From a virus (Duplodnaviria; Caudoviricetes), in IMG/VR virus record IMGVR_UViG_3300031701_000010, positions 1-30,837 of that record: DNA of 30,837 nt. One strand, written 5' to 3'. Each line of letters starts with the position of its first letter. Positions within the stretch are counted from its first letter, which is position 1. Below are positions 14,329 to 23,657 of this stretch, piece by piece. The notes beneath the pieces were generated by a model, which saw only the letters and a program-made list of their open reading frames with translations, did no database searches and was not told the origin of the DNA. The position numbers and the translations under genes were made by a program.

Positions 14329-15139
14329 GTGATGTGTCCTTCCAACATGATTTACTTGGATCCCAGTGATGAACTCCGCTGCTATAGAATAGCCATGCCG
14401 CCACAGCGACGTTGGCTCGTCCGTGGAACGGGTGGTAGTCACCCCACCCGGCTCTTTCGGATCTTTCCGCCCAGTATCTGGCGAGGTGTTGGAACCAGCC
14501 TACCGCGAGAGCGTCGGACACCACGTCTGAACCGATGTGATGGCTCTGCCCGCTGGATTCGCAGAAGGCGATCTTGAGTGCTAACACCCTGTCTTCGGGC
14601 TTGAAGTATTCGTTGATGAGTTCCTCCAAGGTGGGGAGTTCGTAGTGTCCGTCGCCCGGCTCGCACCCGTGTGAACACGGCGTCTCTATCTGCCCGAACT
14701 CCGGGTAGTTCTGAAGGAGGAGGGCGTGCGGCCCGCCCAGCGAGAGAACATGTGTTTTACGGGTCTGTGGTCCGTAGACGCCATCGACGGAATCCATCCC
14801 TAGTTCCATCTGGAGGGCGGCGACTTCTTGGGATCGTTCGAAATACCGGTACTGCTGGCCGGTCATGGAGTTGGAGTATTTCGGCAGAAGCGTCGTGATG
14901 GTTGTGGTCGTACTTGTTGTTGTACTCGTCGTGGTTACTGCCACAAGGGTCGGGCGCACAATCGCGATCGTGGTGCTGGTGGTGCTGGTGGTGCTGGTTG
15001 CCGGAGGTTTCGATATGGCGGTTACGACCTTGGTCTGGCCACTGATCGGAGTAACGTTTCCGGCAGTTGTGCCATCGAAGCAGGATGCCGTCCATGCAAA
15101 AATAGTTAGGAGTGTCCCAATGGCGATTCGTGAAAACAT
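14321..15139 (-). CDS. secreted lytic-transglycosylase (SLT/lysozyme-like) protein with Thr-rich linker and PG-binding-like domain
   Basis: Signal/lipoprotein-like N-terminus; V.ALQ..LG...DGVYGPQT; IAFCESSG...GWFQ...NV..AAWL....G..HW. Confidence 0.75.
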   Translation of the reverse strand: MFSRIAIGTLLTIFAWTASCFDGTTAGNVTPISGQTKVVTAISKPPATSTTSTTSTTIAIVRPTLVAVTTTSTTTSTTTTITTLLPKYSNSMTGQQYRYFERSQEVAALQMELGMDSVDGVYGPQTRKTHVLSLGGPHALLLQNYPEFGQIETPCSHGCEPGDGHYELPTLEELINEYFKPEDRVLALKIAFCESSGQSHHIGSDVVSDALAVGWFQHLARYWAERSERAGWGDYHPFHGRANVAVAAWLFYSSGVHHWDPSKSCWKDTSHE

Positions 15140-15276
15140 GATCGCTCCTCTCCAGTTGACCTGAGTCCTCTAAGTTAGGTATGCTGGTGTAAGCCTCTAC
15201 AGTGTACTCCTGCGGGCAAACCGTTTCTGGAGGGTATACGGAAAGGTCGGTCGATCACAACCTGCGAGGAAAATTC

Positions 15277-15654
15277 ATGCCAAGCACTAAAGAAGATAAT
15301 AGCAAATTGGAAATACCATCTGATTTGATTGAAGCCATTGAAATGTCATCTTTCGAGCGGCAACTACCCCGACAAGGTTGTACCGCAATACACAAATTTC
15401 TAATGGATCCAAATAATGAAGATGCTGAAGAACGGGCTAATGAATGGATTGAGAATCAAAAAGGACTATGGCCAGAAGTGGACCGGGTGGTGTATCGCTT
15501 ACACTCGCTTGGTGTACCCGAAGAAGATAGCCGTCCTCCTTGGCTTCGTGAGGCGTGGTGGATGCAACTAACTCTTCCGTGGTCAGACGGCTTGGACGCC
15601 GCTATCAAATTGGCAGACGCTTGGTGCGACTCACGCGATGACCAGTCCGCGTAA
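15277..15654 (+). CDS. hypothetical protein
   Basis: Start ATG 15277 after GAGGA. Confidence 0.6.
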   Translation: MPSTKEDNSKLEIPSDLIEAIEMSSFERQLPRQGCTAIHKFLMDPNNEDAEERANEWIENQKGLWPEVDRVVYRLHSLGVPEEDSRPPWLREAWWMQLTLPWSDGLDAAIKLADAWCDSRDDQSA

Positions 15655-16036
15655 CGCTCCGCGCAGGGAGACAGTGACCGTAACTAAACTTGGGAAGTAC
15701 GGGCATGTAATTTGGGCACATCAACTAGTGTGTGGACATACGGTAACTAGAAAGCGGAAATCGCCTACCGGCGTACTTGGTTGTGTCAAGTGCCTAGAAT
15801 CATTTGACTTTGAAGAACTTTCTCAAAGCCTTACCATCCCCGTCGAAGCCCCCATTGACGACGGTTTACCGGAGGCGGAAGCCAATGCTCAAATAATTCG
15901 AGCATTACTGGCCGGGCGCTTCAAGGTCCCACCAGAACAGGTGGATGTCGTTGTCAGACAGAGCCCGACTGGGATGATGGAAGTGGATTCGGCGACGATT
16001 TCACTCACCGGGCGACAACTTCGAAACCTGAGATAG
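15638..16036 (+). CDS. hypothetical protein with N-terminal CGH...CxxC Zn site
   Basis: HQLVCGH...CVKC. Confidence 0.65.
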   Translation: MTSPRNAPRRETVTVTKLGKYGHVIWAHQLVCGHTVTRKRKSPTGVLGCVKCLESFDFEELSQSLTIPVEAPIDDGLPEAEANAQIIRALLAGRFKVPPEQVDVVVRQSPTGMMEVDSATISLTGRQLRNLR

Positions 16037-16103
16037 CCCAGATCGCTCGAATGACACTGATGTAAGTTGCTATTTTTTTCGAGGCGACCTAGGCTTCCCC
16101 TTC

Positions 16104-16454
16104 ATGGAACCTTCCCTCGAAGACATACTAGATGTTTTTCATTGCTGGGTTTTGGCTTGTAGAGCATCCGCACGAGGTAGGAAACCTGTATTGGGTGACA
16201 AGCGACGACGCAAGATTAAGAAAGCAATTGAACTGTACGGTGTGGAAACTTGCAAGCAGGCCATAGAGGGAGTTCTTCTATCTCCGTGGCACATGGGTTA
16301 CAATCCCAGTGGCAAGAAGTATGACGATATAGAACTCATCTTGAGAGATGAGAAGCATATAGAACAGTTCTTATCTTACTATGATAACGCTGAAACAACA
16401 GAAGGCGAATTCAAAGTCATTGAATCGTATGCTAATGGTAAAGAGCCCTTCTAG
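16104..16454 (+). CDS. putative replication-initiator-like protein
   Basis: Lies just upstream of the helicase-loader-like gene and primase; C..AI.G...SPWHMG.N...KKYDDIELILRD motif. Function inferred from context. Confidence 0.45.
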   Translation: MEPSLEDILDVFHCWVLACRASARGRKPVLGDKRRRKIKKAIELYGVETCKQAIEGVLLSPWHMGYNPSGKKYDDIELILRDEKHIEQFLSYYDNAETTEGEFKVIESYANGKEPF

Positions 16455-16459
16455 TCGCT

Positions 16460-16927
16460 ATGGATAAAGACGACCTCGCTCGAACCGTGAAAAAAGTTTG
16501 CGTCAATTGGAATCTGCCTACTGCCGGTCCTCCTTTTCAAGAACGGTGTTTGCTTTGGTGGGATTTCTTAAACGATATTGAAATCGATTTAGCGGATAAA
16601 GCCATTAAACAAATCATTTCGTTAGATCAAAGGTATCCACCACGCGTGGGACAAATCCGACGTTTAGCAATAGACATGAGATTTGAGGGAGACCCCATAC
16701 CTTCTCCCCCGGAAGCGTGGGCACAATTTCGTCAGGCGATCGACGCCTCCGAGTCGGGGACTTCCTTCCGCAAACCCCATAACCTCGTTGGTAAGACCAT
16801 GAAGTCGTTTCCTAACAACGGTGCTGGATTGAGAACCAATTCTGACAGAGAACTGTTCCTTTCCGCTTATGGCAAAATCGTTGAAGAGGCGGAAAAAGAA
16901 AGGTATTTGAGTGGACCGGACACCTGA
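16460..16927 (+). CDS. putative helicase loader/inhibitor (G39P-like)
   Basis: W...L.DI....A..AI...YPP.V..IR...PS..EAW pattern; position before the primase-helicase. Confidence 0.5.
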   Translation: MDKDDLARTVKKVCVNWNLPTAGPPFQERCLLWWDFLNDIEIDLADKAIKQIISLDQRYPPRVGQIRRLAIDMRFEGDPIPSPPEAWAQFRQAIDASESGTSFRKPHNLVGKTMKSFPNNGAGLRTNSDRELFLSAYGKIVEEAEKERYLSGPDT

Positions 16928-18587
16928 AGTTGATCTCGTTCTCTCCAAACTGGACAGAGTACGACAGGCTGGTAGTGGCTGGGAAGCGTGTTGCCCAGCC
17001 CACGCCGATGATAAGCCTTCTCTTACTGTTGGAATCGGGCGGGAGGGGCAGGTTCTCCTGCATTGTCATAGCGGCGCCGCCTGCTCGTTCGCCGAAATCT
17101 GTGACGCTATAGACCTTAAGCCGAACGACTTGTGGCCAGAGTCGAATAAACCAAAACAGAAACTACGCAAAGAAGCCACCTACGTCTACGAAGATGCTGA
17201 TGAAAATCCCGTAATGCGGGTGATTCGCTTCAAGGATGATTTGGGTGCCAAAACTTTTCGGCAGCAGAGATATCAGAATGGTGGTTGGGAGTGGGGTACT
17301 CAAGACATAGAAAAGCCCCTCTATCGATTGCCGCAGGTTTTGGAGCGAATCTCCAATGATGAAATCGTCTACGTTGTGGAGGGCGAGAAGGACGTTCACA
17401 CGTTGGAATCGTTGGGTCGGGTGGCAACTTGCAATCCCGGTGGGGCAGGAGCCGAAGGGCAAGATAAGTGGTTACCTCAACACACCCGAGCCTTGGCCGG
17501 TGGGAAAATCGTCATCATCGCTGATGATGATAAACCCGGTTATGCCCATGCAGCCCATGTAGCGGCAGAACTTAGAAAGGTTGGAGCGAGGGTAAAGGTT
17601 TTTAAACCAGCACAAGGTAAAGACATTTCAGATCATATAGGTGTTGGATTGTCGATGAGCGATTTGGAAGTTGTCGCTGGTGAAATCAGAGACACGTTCA
17701 CTGATTTCATCGACTCTCTCAAGGATCTTGACCACAGCCAACCATTGAATGTCAGAGTAAATAAAGCCCAACGTTTACTGGATGCCTTTGGTCGTGATGA
17801 AAGCAGCACGGAACAAAAAGGCAGATTGATTGATTGGGCCACTCTGATCGGAGAAGAGTCAGATGATTCTTTCGATTGGCTCATTCCCGGTCTTTTGGAA
17901 CGTCAGGAGCGGGTGATTGTCGTCGCTGCCGAGGGTGTTGGTAAAACCTACTTGGCACGACAGGTTGCACTCATGTGTTCAGCCGGGATACACCCGTTTA
18001 AACGGGACAAGATGCCACCAGTTCGAACTTTATTTGTGGATCTTGAAAATCCTGAACGGATTATTAGAAGAACCGCTAGAAAAATCTATAAGAAAATCGA
18101 AGAGGTTGGGCGAGCAAAAGACATGGAAGCCCACCTTGTTGTCAAACCGGATGGATTAGACCTACTTAAATCAGATGATCGCAACAAACTAATCGAATGG
18201 ATAGACCAGACCCAACCGGAACTTCTTGTCCTTGGACCGTTGTATAAATCCTTTTTAGATCCCGGCGGAAGAACGGCTGAATCGGTTAGCACCGAAGTGG
18301 CTAAGTTTCTTGACTATATTCGCCACGAATATGGTTGTGCCATGTGGTTGGAACATCACGCTCCATTGGGATCTGGCCAGAGCAGAGAGATGCGTCCATT
18401 TGGTTCTGCTGTGTGGAGTCGTTGGTCGGAGTTTGGAATCTCCATTACTCCTGATCCGACCGATCCGGCTGTTATGGAAGTCAAGCATTACAGAGGAATG
18501 CGTGATGAAAGGGAGTGGCCGACTCGCATGCGTCGGGGAAATGAAGACGAGTGGCCATTTATTGTTCTCGAATTTCTTAAGTTTTAG
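16911..18587 (+). CDS. DNA primase-helicase (Zn-binding + TOPRIM + RecA/AAA_25 helicase)
   Basis: CPAHADDKPSL..HC; VVEGEKD and ADDD (TOPRIM); AAEGVGKT Walker A; LFVDLEN; LEHH; RPFGS. Confidence 0.9.
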   Translation: MDRTPEVDLVLSKLDRVRQAGSGWEACCPAHADDKPSLTVGIGREGQVLLHCHSGAACSFAEICDAIDLKPNDLWPESNKPKQKLRKEATYVYEDADENPVMRVIRFKDDLGAKTFRQQRYQNGGWEWGTQDIEKPLYRLPQVLERISNDEIVYVVEGEKDVHTLESLGRVATCNPGGAGAEGQDKWLPQHTRALAGGKIVIIADDDKPGYAHAAHVAAELRKVGARVKVFKPAQGKDISDHIGVGLSMSDLEVVAGEIRDTFTDFIDSLKDLDHSQPLNVRVNKAQRLLDAFGRDESSTEQKGRLIDWATLIGEESDDSFDWLIPGLLERQERVIVVAAEGVGKTYLARQVALMCSAGIHPFKRDKMPPVRTLFVDLENPERIIRRTARKIYKKIEEVGRAKDMEAHLVVKPDGLDLLKSDDRNKLIEWIDQTQPELLVLGPLYKSFLDPGGRTAESVSTEVAKFLDYIRHEYGCAMWLEHHAPLGSGQSREMRPFGSAVWSRWSEFGISITPDPTDPAVMEVKHYRGMRDEREWPTRMRRGNEDEWPFIVLEFLKF

Positions 18588-18593
18588 AAAGAG

Positions 18594-18926
18594 GTGGGGG
18601 ACATGGAAAGCAACGCTTTGGATTCGTGGATCCATCAAGCGAAATGCCAAGAAGAAAACACTGACCTATTTTTCATCCTCCGTGGCGATCCGCAGCAGAA
18701 GACGAAACGCACAGCAGCCTACGCTGTTTGTCAGTACTGTCCAGTAAAATCGGAATGCTTGGACTATGCGATCATCAACCATGAGGTTGGCATCTGGGGT
18801 GGGACGACCGACGCTGAGAGACGGTTCCTCCGACGATCGTGGACGCCAAAATCAGAGCCTAGAAAACGGGTTGTTTTTCAGAGTCTTGTACGAGGCGTAA
18901 CCGTCGGCGTTCCCAAATCAGAATAG
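18594..18926 (+). CDS. whiB: WhiB-family Fe-S transcription factor
   Basis: W..QAKC...DLFF...VCQYCPVKSECLDYA...GIWGGTTDAERR. Confidence 0.93.
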   Translation: MGDMESNALDSWIHQAKCQEENTDLFFILRGDPQQKTKRTAAYAVCQYCPVKSECLDYAIINHEVGIWGGTTDAERRFLRRSWTPKSEPRKRVVFQSLVRGVTVGVPKSE

Positions 18927-19026
18927 ATCCGCACTCACAAGAGAATCTAAATCTCCAAAGACCCGTTGTGTTGCCTCTATCGATTTGATCGTCTAAATCT
19001 GTATAACAGGTTGGGCAAATAGTCAT
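18859..19026 (-). CDS. small Zn-ribbon protein (55 aa, not in ORF track)
   Basis: MTICPTCYTDL...FSCECGSILIW...; GGAGGT SD; tail overlaps the whiB 3' end antisense. Confidence 0.55.
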   Translation of the reverse strand: MTICPTCYTDLDDQIDRGNTTGLWRFRFSCECGSILIWERRRLRLVQDSEKQPVF

Positions 19027-19127
19027 GCTGACCTCCCTGCCAAAAGCGTAGCACTACTACTGCTAGTAGTGGTGGAAACTCCTAGGGAAACAGCAATTCC
19101 CCCAAAGGGGGGTATGTTTCATTTTAT

Positions 19128-19652
19128 TTATTGAATAACTCGTTGGGGTTTCCATTCAAGCAAATGTTCTGCCGAAATAACCCTTGTTCGGCTTCCTTCT
19201 GATTCTGTGGCAGGATCTATGTAATGAGGTGTGCTTCCTAGTTCCCACGCCGTGTCGTAATCTAAATGACCTAAAATTTCCGCTTGGGTTAGTTCAGGTG
19301 TGGTGGTGCGGGCAACAAACAGGTGCAGGTCTTGTCCTAGTTGGTATTCCCTTACCGCAGCAGCGGTTTGGGTTCGTACACAACGAACTTCAATGTTGTA
19401 ACCGACATCAGCGATCCTGCGTTTGAACCAATCGTGTTTGCTTTTTGGCCATACGCTTCCTGACCAATATCGATTAGTTCCTTTTGCTACCGCAAGTTCG
19501 CAAACGCACGCACGCTGTTGGGCGGTGCGGTCGTCTTCCATTCGTTTTTTATCGTAATGAGCAGCATCTTGCTTACCCCAATTGGCGGTAAACCGCATGT
19601 TGCCGATGTTTAGGGCGTGTACCCATTCCCATTCGTTGAGATCAATGATCAT
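19128..19652 (-). CDS. hypothetical protein (possible PD-(D/E)XK-like)
   Basis: 174-aa ORF; E.AVA...W...ADVG.NIEVR resembles a D..E.K-like nuclease core (weak). Confidence 0.65.
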   Translation of the reverse strand: MIIDLNEWEWVHALNIGNMRFTANWGKQDAAHYDKKRMEDDRTAQQRACVCELAVAKGTNRYWSGSVWPKSKHDWFKRRIADVGYNIEVRCVRTQTAAAVREYQLGQDLHLFVARTTTPELTQAEILGHLDYDTAWELGSTPHYIDPATESEGSRTRVISAEHLLEWKPQRVIQ

Positions 19653-19671
19653 TGAGGTGTCTACAGTCCCA

Positions 19672-19971
19672 TCAGAAGTCGTTAAGCGATTTCAAGATGA
19701 TCGGGGTGCCTTCCCCCATCCACGCACTAAACGTGTTGAAGCACAAGAAATCGTATGCTTCCTCAAAGTCCCAGCCCTCAGTCCAGACGAGATGTTCTAC
19801 CATCTTTTCTTCGTCATAGACGAGGACTGGGTCTTTTGAGTATTGACAACCGATGCCGATAATGGCCTCATCAAAAGTTGGATCCACAAAACGCAACGCT
19901 TTGGGATTCAACTCTTGAAGGTGGTCCAACATCCAATCAAGTTGTGTTTTGGGATTTTCTGTCTCTGGCAT
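19672..19971 (-). CDS. conserved phage hypothetical protein
   Basis: FDEAIIG....VYD..KM...L......EEA.DF..FN...AW.GE.TP motif. Confidence 0.75.
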   Translation of the reverse strand: MPETENPKTQLDWMLDHLQELNPKALRFVDPTFDEAIIGIGCQYSKDPVLVYDEEKMVEHLVWTEGWDFEEAYDFLCFNTFSAWMGEGTPIILKSLNDF

Positions 19972-20975
19972 TAGGCCAAATCAAGAATCAGGTCTGCTGC
20001 CTTTATCTTCATGTTGTACGACTTGTTACCGATCTGCATGGACGCCTTAGCATTCCGGTCGGCGTCATCAAACCAATGATGGTCGTAAAATTCTCCGACT
20101 GCGTTGAACAGGCTCCAGCCGTTGTAGCCGTAACCCGCCGCGTTCTTGCGGTTGACATACAGTCCGCGAACTGTCATCAACGTATTGGCACGGTTCTCTT
20201 TCTTGCGGTCGGTGTCGGCGTCCTTTTCAGGCCATAGACCATTCAGGACCCTGTCAATCTTCTGACTACCGGCAGGAACCGGCACTGCGAGCAGACGTTC
20301 TGCGGTTTCCTTGAACGACTTCGCCCAGTTGGATGAAATCTGGAGAACCTCGTTTGCCTCTTCCAATGCCCTGTCATAGTTGGCCGTGTGTCGTGCCGTC
20401 ACGATTGACTTTGCCACGGACTGACCGAACCTGACGGTGTTCTTGCATACTGCCCGGATGTCGGTGTTGGCGTATGTGATTGGTGTGGTGCCATCGTGGC
20501 TCGTGTGTACAACGAGGTACCGAGCAATCGTGTCGTTGATGCCGACTGGGTCGATGATCAACGTGCCGAGGTCAATGGTGGCGAAGAATTCGCGACCGTC
20601 CTTGAGGACGCCACAAGTATCCATAATGGCGTCACCCTTCGACGCACCGCAGACGTTTAAAGCCTTTTCCAGAACAGTCTCATTCTGGACGACCCGATAC
20701 CGGTCCTTGACTACTTCAAATGGAACGACTCCACCATCATCATTCACGCGTGCCGTGATGTGCCTGTCTTCCATTTCCAGCAAGTCCCCATCTGGGGTGG
20801 TGTACTGCACTGGCAGCAAGGTGACATGATAATCGGCTCCTGCCATAGGCAGAATTGTTTCTGCCGTCTGATGGCCAGACACTGCCGTGCCGAGTCGATG
20901 CCACGGGGCACCACCCTCTTTGCGCCAAACAAAACTGGCTTCTCCTGCTTCATTCATTTCCAACTCGTGTGACAT
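19971..20975 (-). CDS. DUF932-family (TIGR03299-like) phage/plasmid protein
   Basis: MSHELE...PWHRLG, Y..VQN, G.L..G...F, SHDGT, RAVCKNT, RHT, W.LFNAV.E..DH. Confidence 0.88.
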   Translation of the reverse strand: MSHELEMNEAGEASFVWRKEGGAPWHRLGTAVSGHQTAETILPMAGADYHVTLLPVQYTTPDGDLLEMEDRHITARVNDDGGVVPFEVVKDRYRVVQNETVLEKALNVCGASKGDAIMDTCGVLKDGREFFATIDLGTLIIDPVGINDTIARYLVVHTSHDGTTPITYANTDIRAVCKNTVRFGQSVAKSIVTARHTANYDRALEEANEVLQISSNWAKSFKETAERLLAVPVPAGSQKIDRVLNGLWPEKDADTDRKKENRANTLMTVRGLYVNRKNAAGYGYNGWSLFNAVGEFYDHHWFDDADRNAKASMQIGNKSYNMKIKAADLILDLA

Positions 20976-21003
20976 ATCTATACCCTCCTTTGGGTTACGG
21001 ATA

Positions 21004-21065
21004 ATACTATCGGAAGAGGCATCGACTTACAACCCAGTTGGAAAATAAATCCGATGGTGTAGATT
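21004..21065. promoter_or_regulatory. divergent promoter pair
   Basis: Minus strand: TTGTAA (21032-21027), 17 nt, TAGTAT (21009-21004). Plus strand: TTGGAA (21038-21043), 16 nt, TAGATT (21060-21065), 6 nt, ATG 21072. Confidence 0.65.
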
Positions 21066-22991
21066 ATGTCCATGGACGATGAAAAGAAGATCCTTCTCCA
21101 CGATGACCAGATTGTCTTAAACAGCCCGTATGACGCCGACGAAGTTCGAGCCATCAAGAATATCGCTGGAGCAAGGTGGGACAGGTTGGGCAAGGTTTGG
21201 AGGATACCGGTGTCCAGTCTCAAACAAGTCAAGATGTACGCCGTTTCGTTCGACTACTGGTTGGACCCCGATCTCAGAGTATTAGACCTCCCCGACCACC
21301 CCTTCGAACGACAGGGACTAGAACTGTCTGAAGAAAATCTGATTATCAGATTCTCCTACGACTCTGTAAAGGTTGCTGCCATAAGGCTGGTGCCCGGCGC
21401 TCGTTGGGATGCGAAAAAAACAGTGTGGTGTGCTCCCGTGTCAGCCTTACCCGAAGCCATTAAGTTCGCAAAAGATTTCAAACTGGATGTCCCCGAAGAA
21501 TTGAAGGAGATGCAATCTGAGATTCAAGAGCGTCAGGCGGCTGGCATTGCAGCGTCTAGGTCTGTGGTATCGGACATTGAGATTCCTGACCTCAAGGGAG
21601 AGTTGCTCCCTTATCAGGCGGCTGGCGTTGAGTACATGGTCAAGAACAAGAAGGTCTTCTGCGCCGATGAAATGGGCTTAGGAAAAACACTAGAAGCATT
21701 GGCCTCTGTCCAATTCGAAAACGCCTACCCATGTCTGGTGGTCTGTCCTCCCAACTTGGCATTGAACTGGGCTACAGAGATAGAGAAGTTTTTACCGACT
21801 AGAACATGGCGGCGTGTTCTCAATCGATCTGAGTTTCCTGAAGAGGATGCCGACTACACCATTATCGGTTATTCCAATATCGACTATCACCCAGAAGCAC
21901 TCAAGAATTATAAATCTTACATATTCGATGAAAGTCACTATCTTAAAAATCCTAAAGCGAAAAGGACCAAGCGTGCTCAAAAACTTGCGAAAACGGTACC
22001 CAGTGACGGAATGGTTTTATGTCTTACTGGAACGCCTATTACCAATCGTCCAGCGGAGTACGGACCCCAACTGGAACTCATCGGACGACTCAAAGAGTTC
22101 GGCGGCCTCTGGGGGTTTTACAAGAGATACTGCGGAGCCTTCCAAGACCGATTCAAGCAATGGCATATTGACGGAGCCACGAACCTAGATGAACTAAACG
22201 ATCGTCTACGAGCGTCATGCTACATCCGACGAACCAAGCCTCAAGTTTTAAAAGACCTTCCACCTATCCGTCATTCAGAGTGGATGATCGACCCAGATCC
22301 TAAATATAAAAAGGATTATGAGGCTGCGGAAAACAATATCGCTCAGTTTGTTGCCGACAGGGCGGCAGAGTTGGCAGAGGAACTAGGGGAAGACCCACGC
22401 GGTGCCGCCGTGCGAGCGAGATTGGCGGCAGAGGCTCACGAGTACCTTATTAAATTGTCGGTATTGAAACGAATTGCTGCCAAGATGAAAATGAAGGCCG
22501 TCGATGAATGGGTTCAGAATCGGCTGAACGAAGGTCGCAAAGTTGTTTTGGTTGCCCATCACCGAGAAATTGTAAGTTCGCTGGCTGATCAGTATGGCGG
22601 ATTAAAAATCCAAGGTGGGATGTCTGTGGTTGAAGTTGAATCGGCTAAAAAGCGGTTCATGGAGGAAACGGTTGAAGACGCCCCCGTGATCGTTCTATCT
22701 ATTCAAGCCGCTAAAACCGGTCACACTTTGACTATCGCACAAGACATGCTTTTTGTGGAACATCCTTGGACCCCCGCAGATGTTGACCAAGTCTCTGCGC
22801 GAATCCACCGTATAGGAACTACGGGAGCAGTACAGATCACACATGCTTTGGCTGCTGGAACTATTGACGAACAGGTCTTTGCTCTGATTAATTCTAAACG
22901 TTCCGTAGTGAATGCCGCTACTGAAGGCACCATCGCTGATGAAGAAAAGGTAAATGCGGCAAGTCTTATGAAGAACTTTCTACCGGATTGA
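21066..22991 (+). CDS. SNF2-family helicase with tandem HARP-like N-terminal repeats (SMARCAL1-like)
   Basis: Two YD..V.AI..GARWD...VW repeats; ADEMGLGKT; DESH; LTGTP; WTPA..Q..ARIHRIG. True start may be 21072. Confidence 0.92.
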   Translation: MSMDDEKKILLHDDQIVLNSPYDADEVRAIKNIAGARWDRLGKVWRIPVSSLKQVKMYAVSFDYWLDPDLRVLDLPDHPFERQGLELSEENLIIRFSYDSVKVAAIRLVPGARWDAKKTVWCAPVSALPEAIKFAKDFKLDVPEELKEMQSEIQERQAAGIAASRSVVSDIEIPDLKGELLPYQAAGVEYMVKNKKVFCADEMGLGKTLEALASVQFENAYPCLVVCPPNLALNWATEIEKFLPTRTWRRVLNRSEFPEEDADYTIIGYSNIDYHPEALKNYKSYIFDESHYLKNPKAKRTKRAQKLAKTVPSDGMVLCLTGTPITNRPAEYGPQLELIGRLKEFGGLWGFYKRYCGAFQDRFKQWHIDGATNLDELNDRLRASCYIRRTKPQVLKDLPPIRHSEWMIDPDPKYKKDYEAAENNIAQFVADRAAELAEELGEDPRGAAVRARLAAEAHEYLIKLSVLKRIAAKMKMKAVDEWVQNRLNEGRKVVLVAHHREIVSSLADQYGGLKIQGGMSVVEVESAKKRFMEETVEDAPVIVLSIQAAKTGHTLTIAQDMLFVEHPWTPADVDQVSARIHRIGTTGAVQITHALAAGTIDEQVFALINSKRSVVNAATEGTIADEEKVNAASLMKNFLPD

Positions 22992-23074
22992 TTGCTGACT
23001 AGTAATATGAGGTGATCATATCCAAGGTTTCCTCGGCAGGGAACCCCGGCAGCAAAGAGGTGATCCGCTAGATC

Positions 23075-23115
23075 GTAAGGGGCGGGTCACCAAGCGGCCC
23101 GTCCCTTACTTTGTT
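23075..23115 (+). terminator. intrinsic terminator
   Basis: GTAAGGGGCGGGTC-N7-GGCCCGTCCCTTAC followed by TTTGTT, between convergent genes. Confidence 0.65.
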
Positions 23116-23657
23116 AGAGGGTCTACCTTGTCAACGTCAGTACCCCAGCAATCCCAACCCGGAACTGTTGTTCGGGCAAATAGTTCAATCTTTTTTTGCG
23201 TAGGGAACATCTGTTCGATTCTTGAACGCACCTCTTCCGGCTTTGCGCTATGAGTGCCGCGAGGACTACTTAAAAATTGTCGAACATTGCGGGCACCCCG
23301 TGGTTGTGGGATCCGACCACGTTTCCCTACCAGACATAGTTCGACTTGGCTCATCGTGTAATAGCCGGGATTGACTCGTTGTTTATCCCAAACAAAAGCA
23401 ACCGTGGCCCATTTGAAGCCCCACGCTTTCATAAGATCAAGTGCTTCTGGCAGGTGTGGGTTGCTTGTCCACATAAACAGCAACGATTGTTCGGGGTCGG
23501 ATATAGCAGGCACTTCGAGTGCCGCCAAATCGGCTCCATTCATCGTGGGGTAATGCGCTTTGGCCCCACCGGTTGTCTCCCCTTGGCTGCCGGTGTGTTG
23601 TAGTTGACCTCGATAATCCCAAGGGGGGTCAGCGTAAACGATCTGGTACAACGTCAT
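23106..23657 (-). CDS. MT-A70-family adenine methyltransferase
   Basis: IVYADPPW, HYPTM, LFMW, WGFKW.T..FVWDK, HSAKPEE, KIELFAR...GWD.WG. Confidence 0.92.
   Translation of the reverse strand: MTLYQIVYADPPWDYRGQLQHTGSQGETTGGAKAHYPTMNGADLAALEVPAISDPEQSLLFMWTSNPHLPEALDLMKAWGFKWATVAFVWDKQRVNPGYYTMSQVELCLVGKRGRIPQPRGARNVRQFLSSPRGTHSAKPEEVRSRIEQMFPTQKKIELFARTTVPGWDCWGTDVDKVDPLTK

Noticed and set aside
14880-15000. Short tandem repeats (GGTGCTGGT and similar; also ~12420-12490)
   Set aside because: They encode Thr/Ser-rich linkers of secreted proteins, not independent repeat elements.
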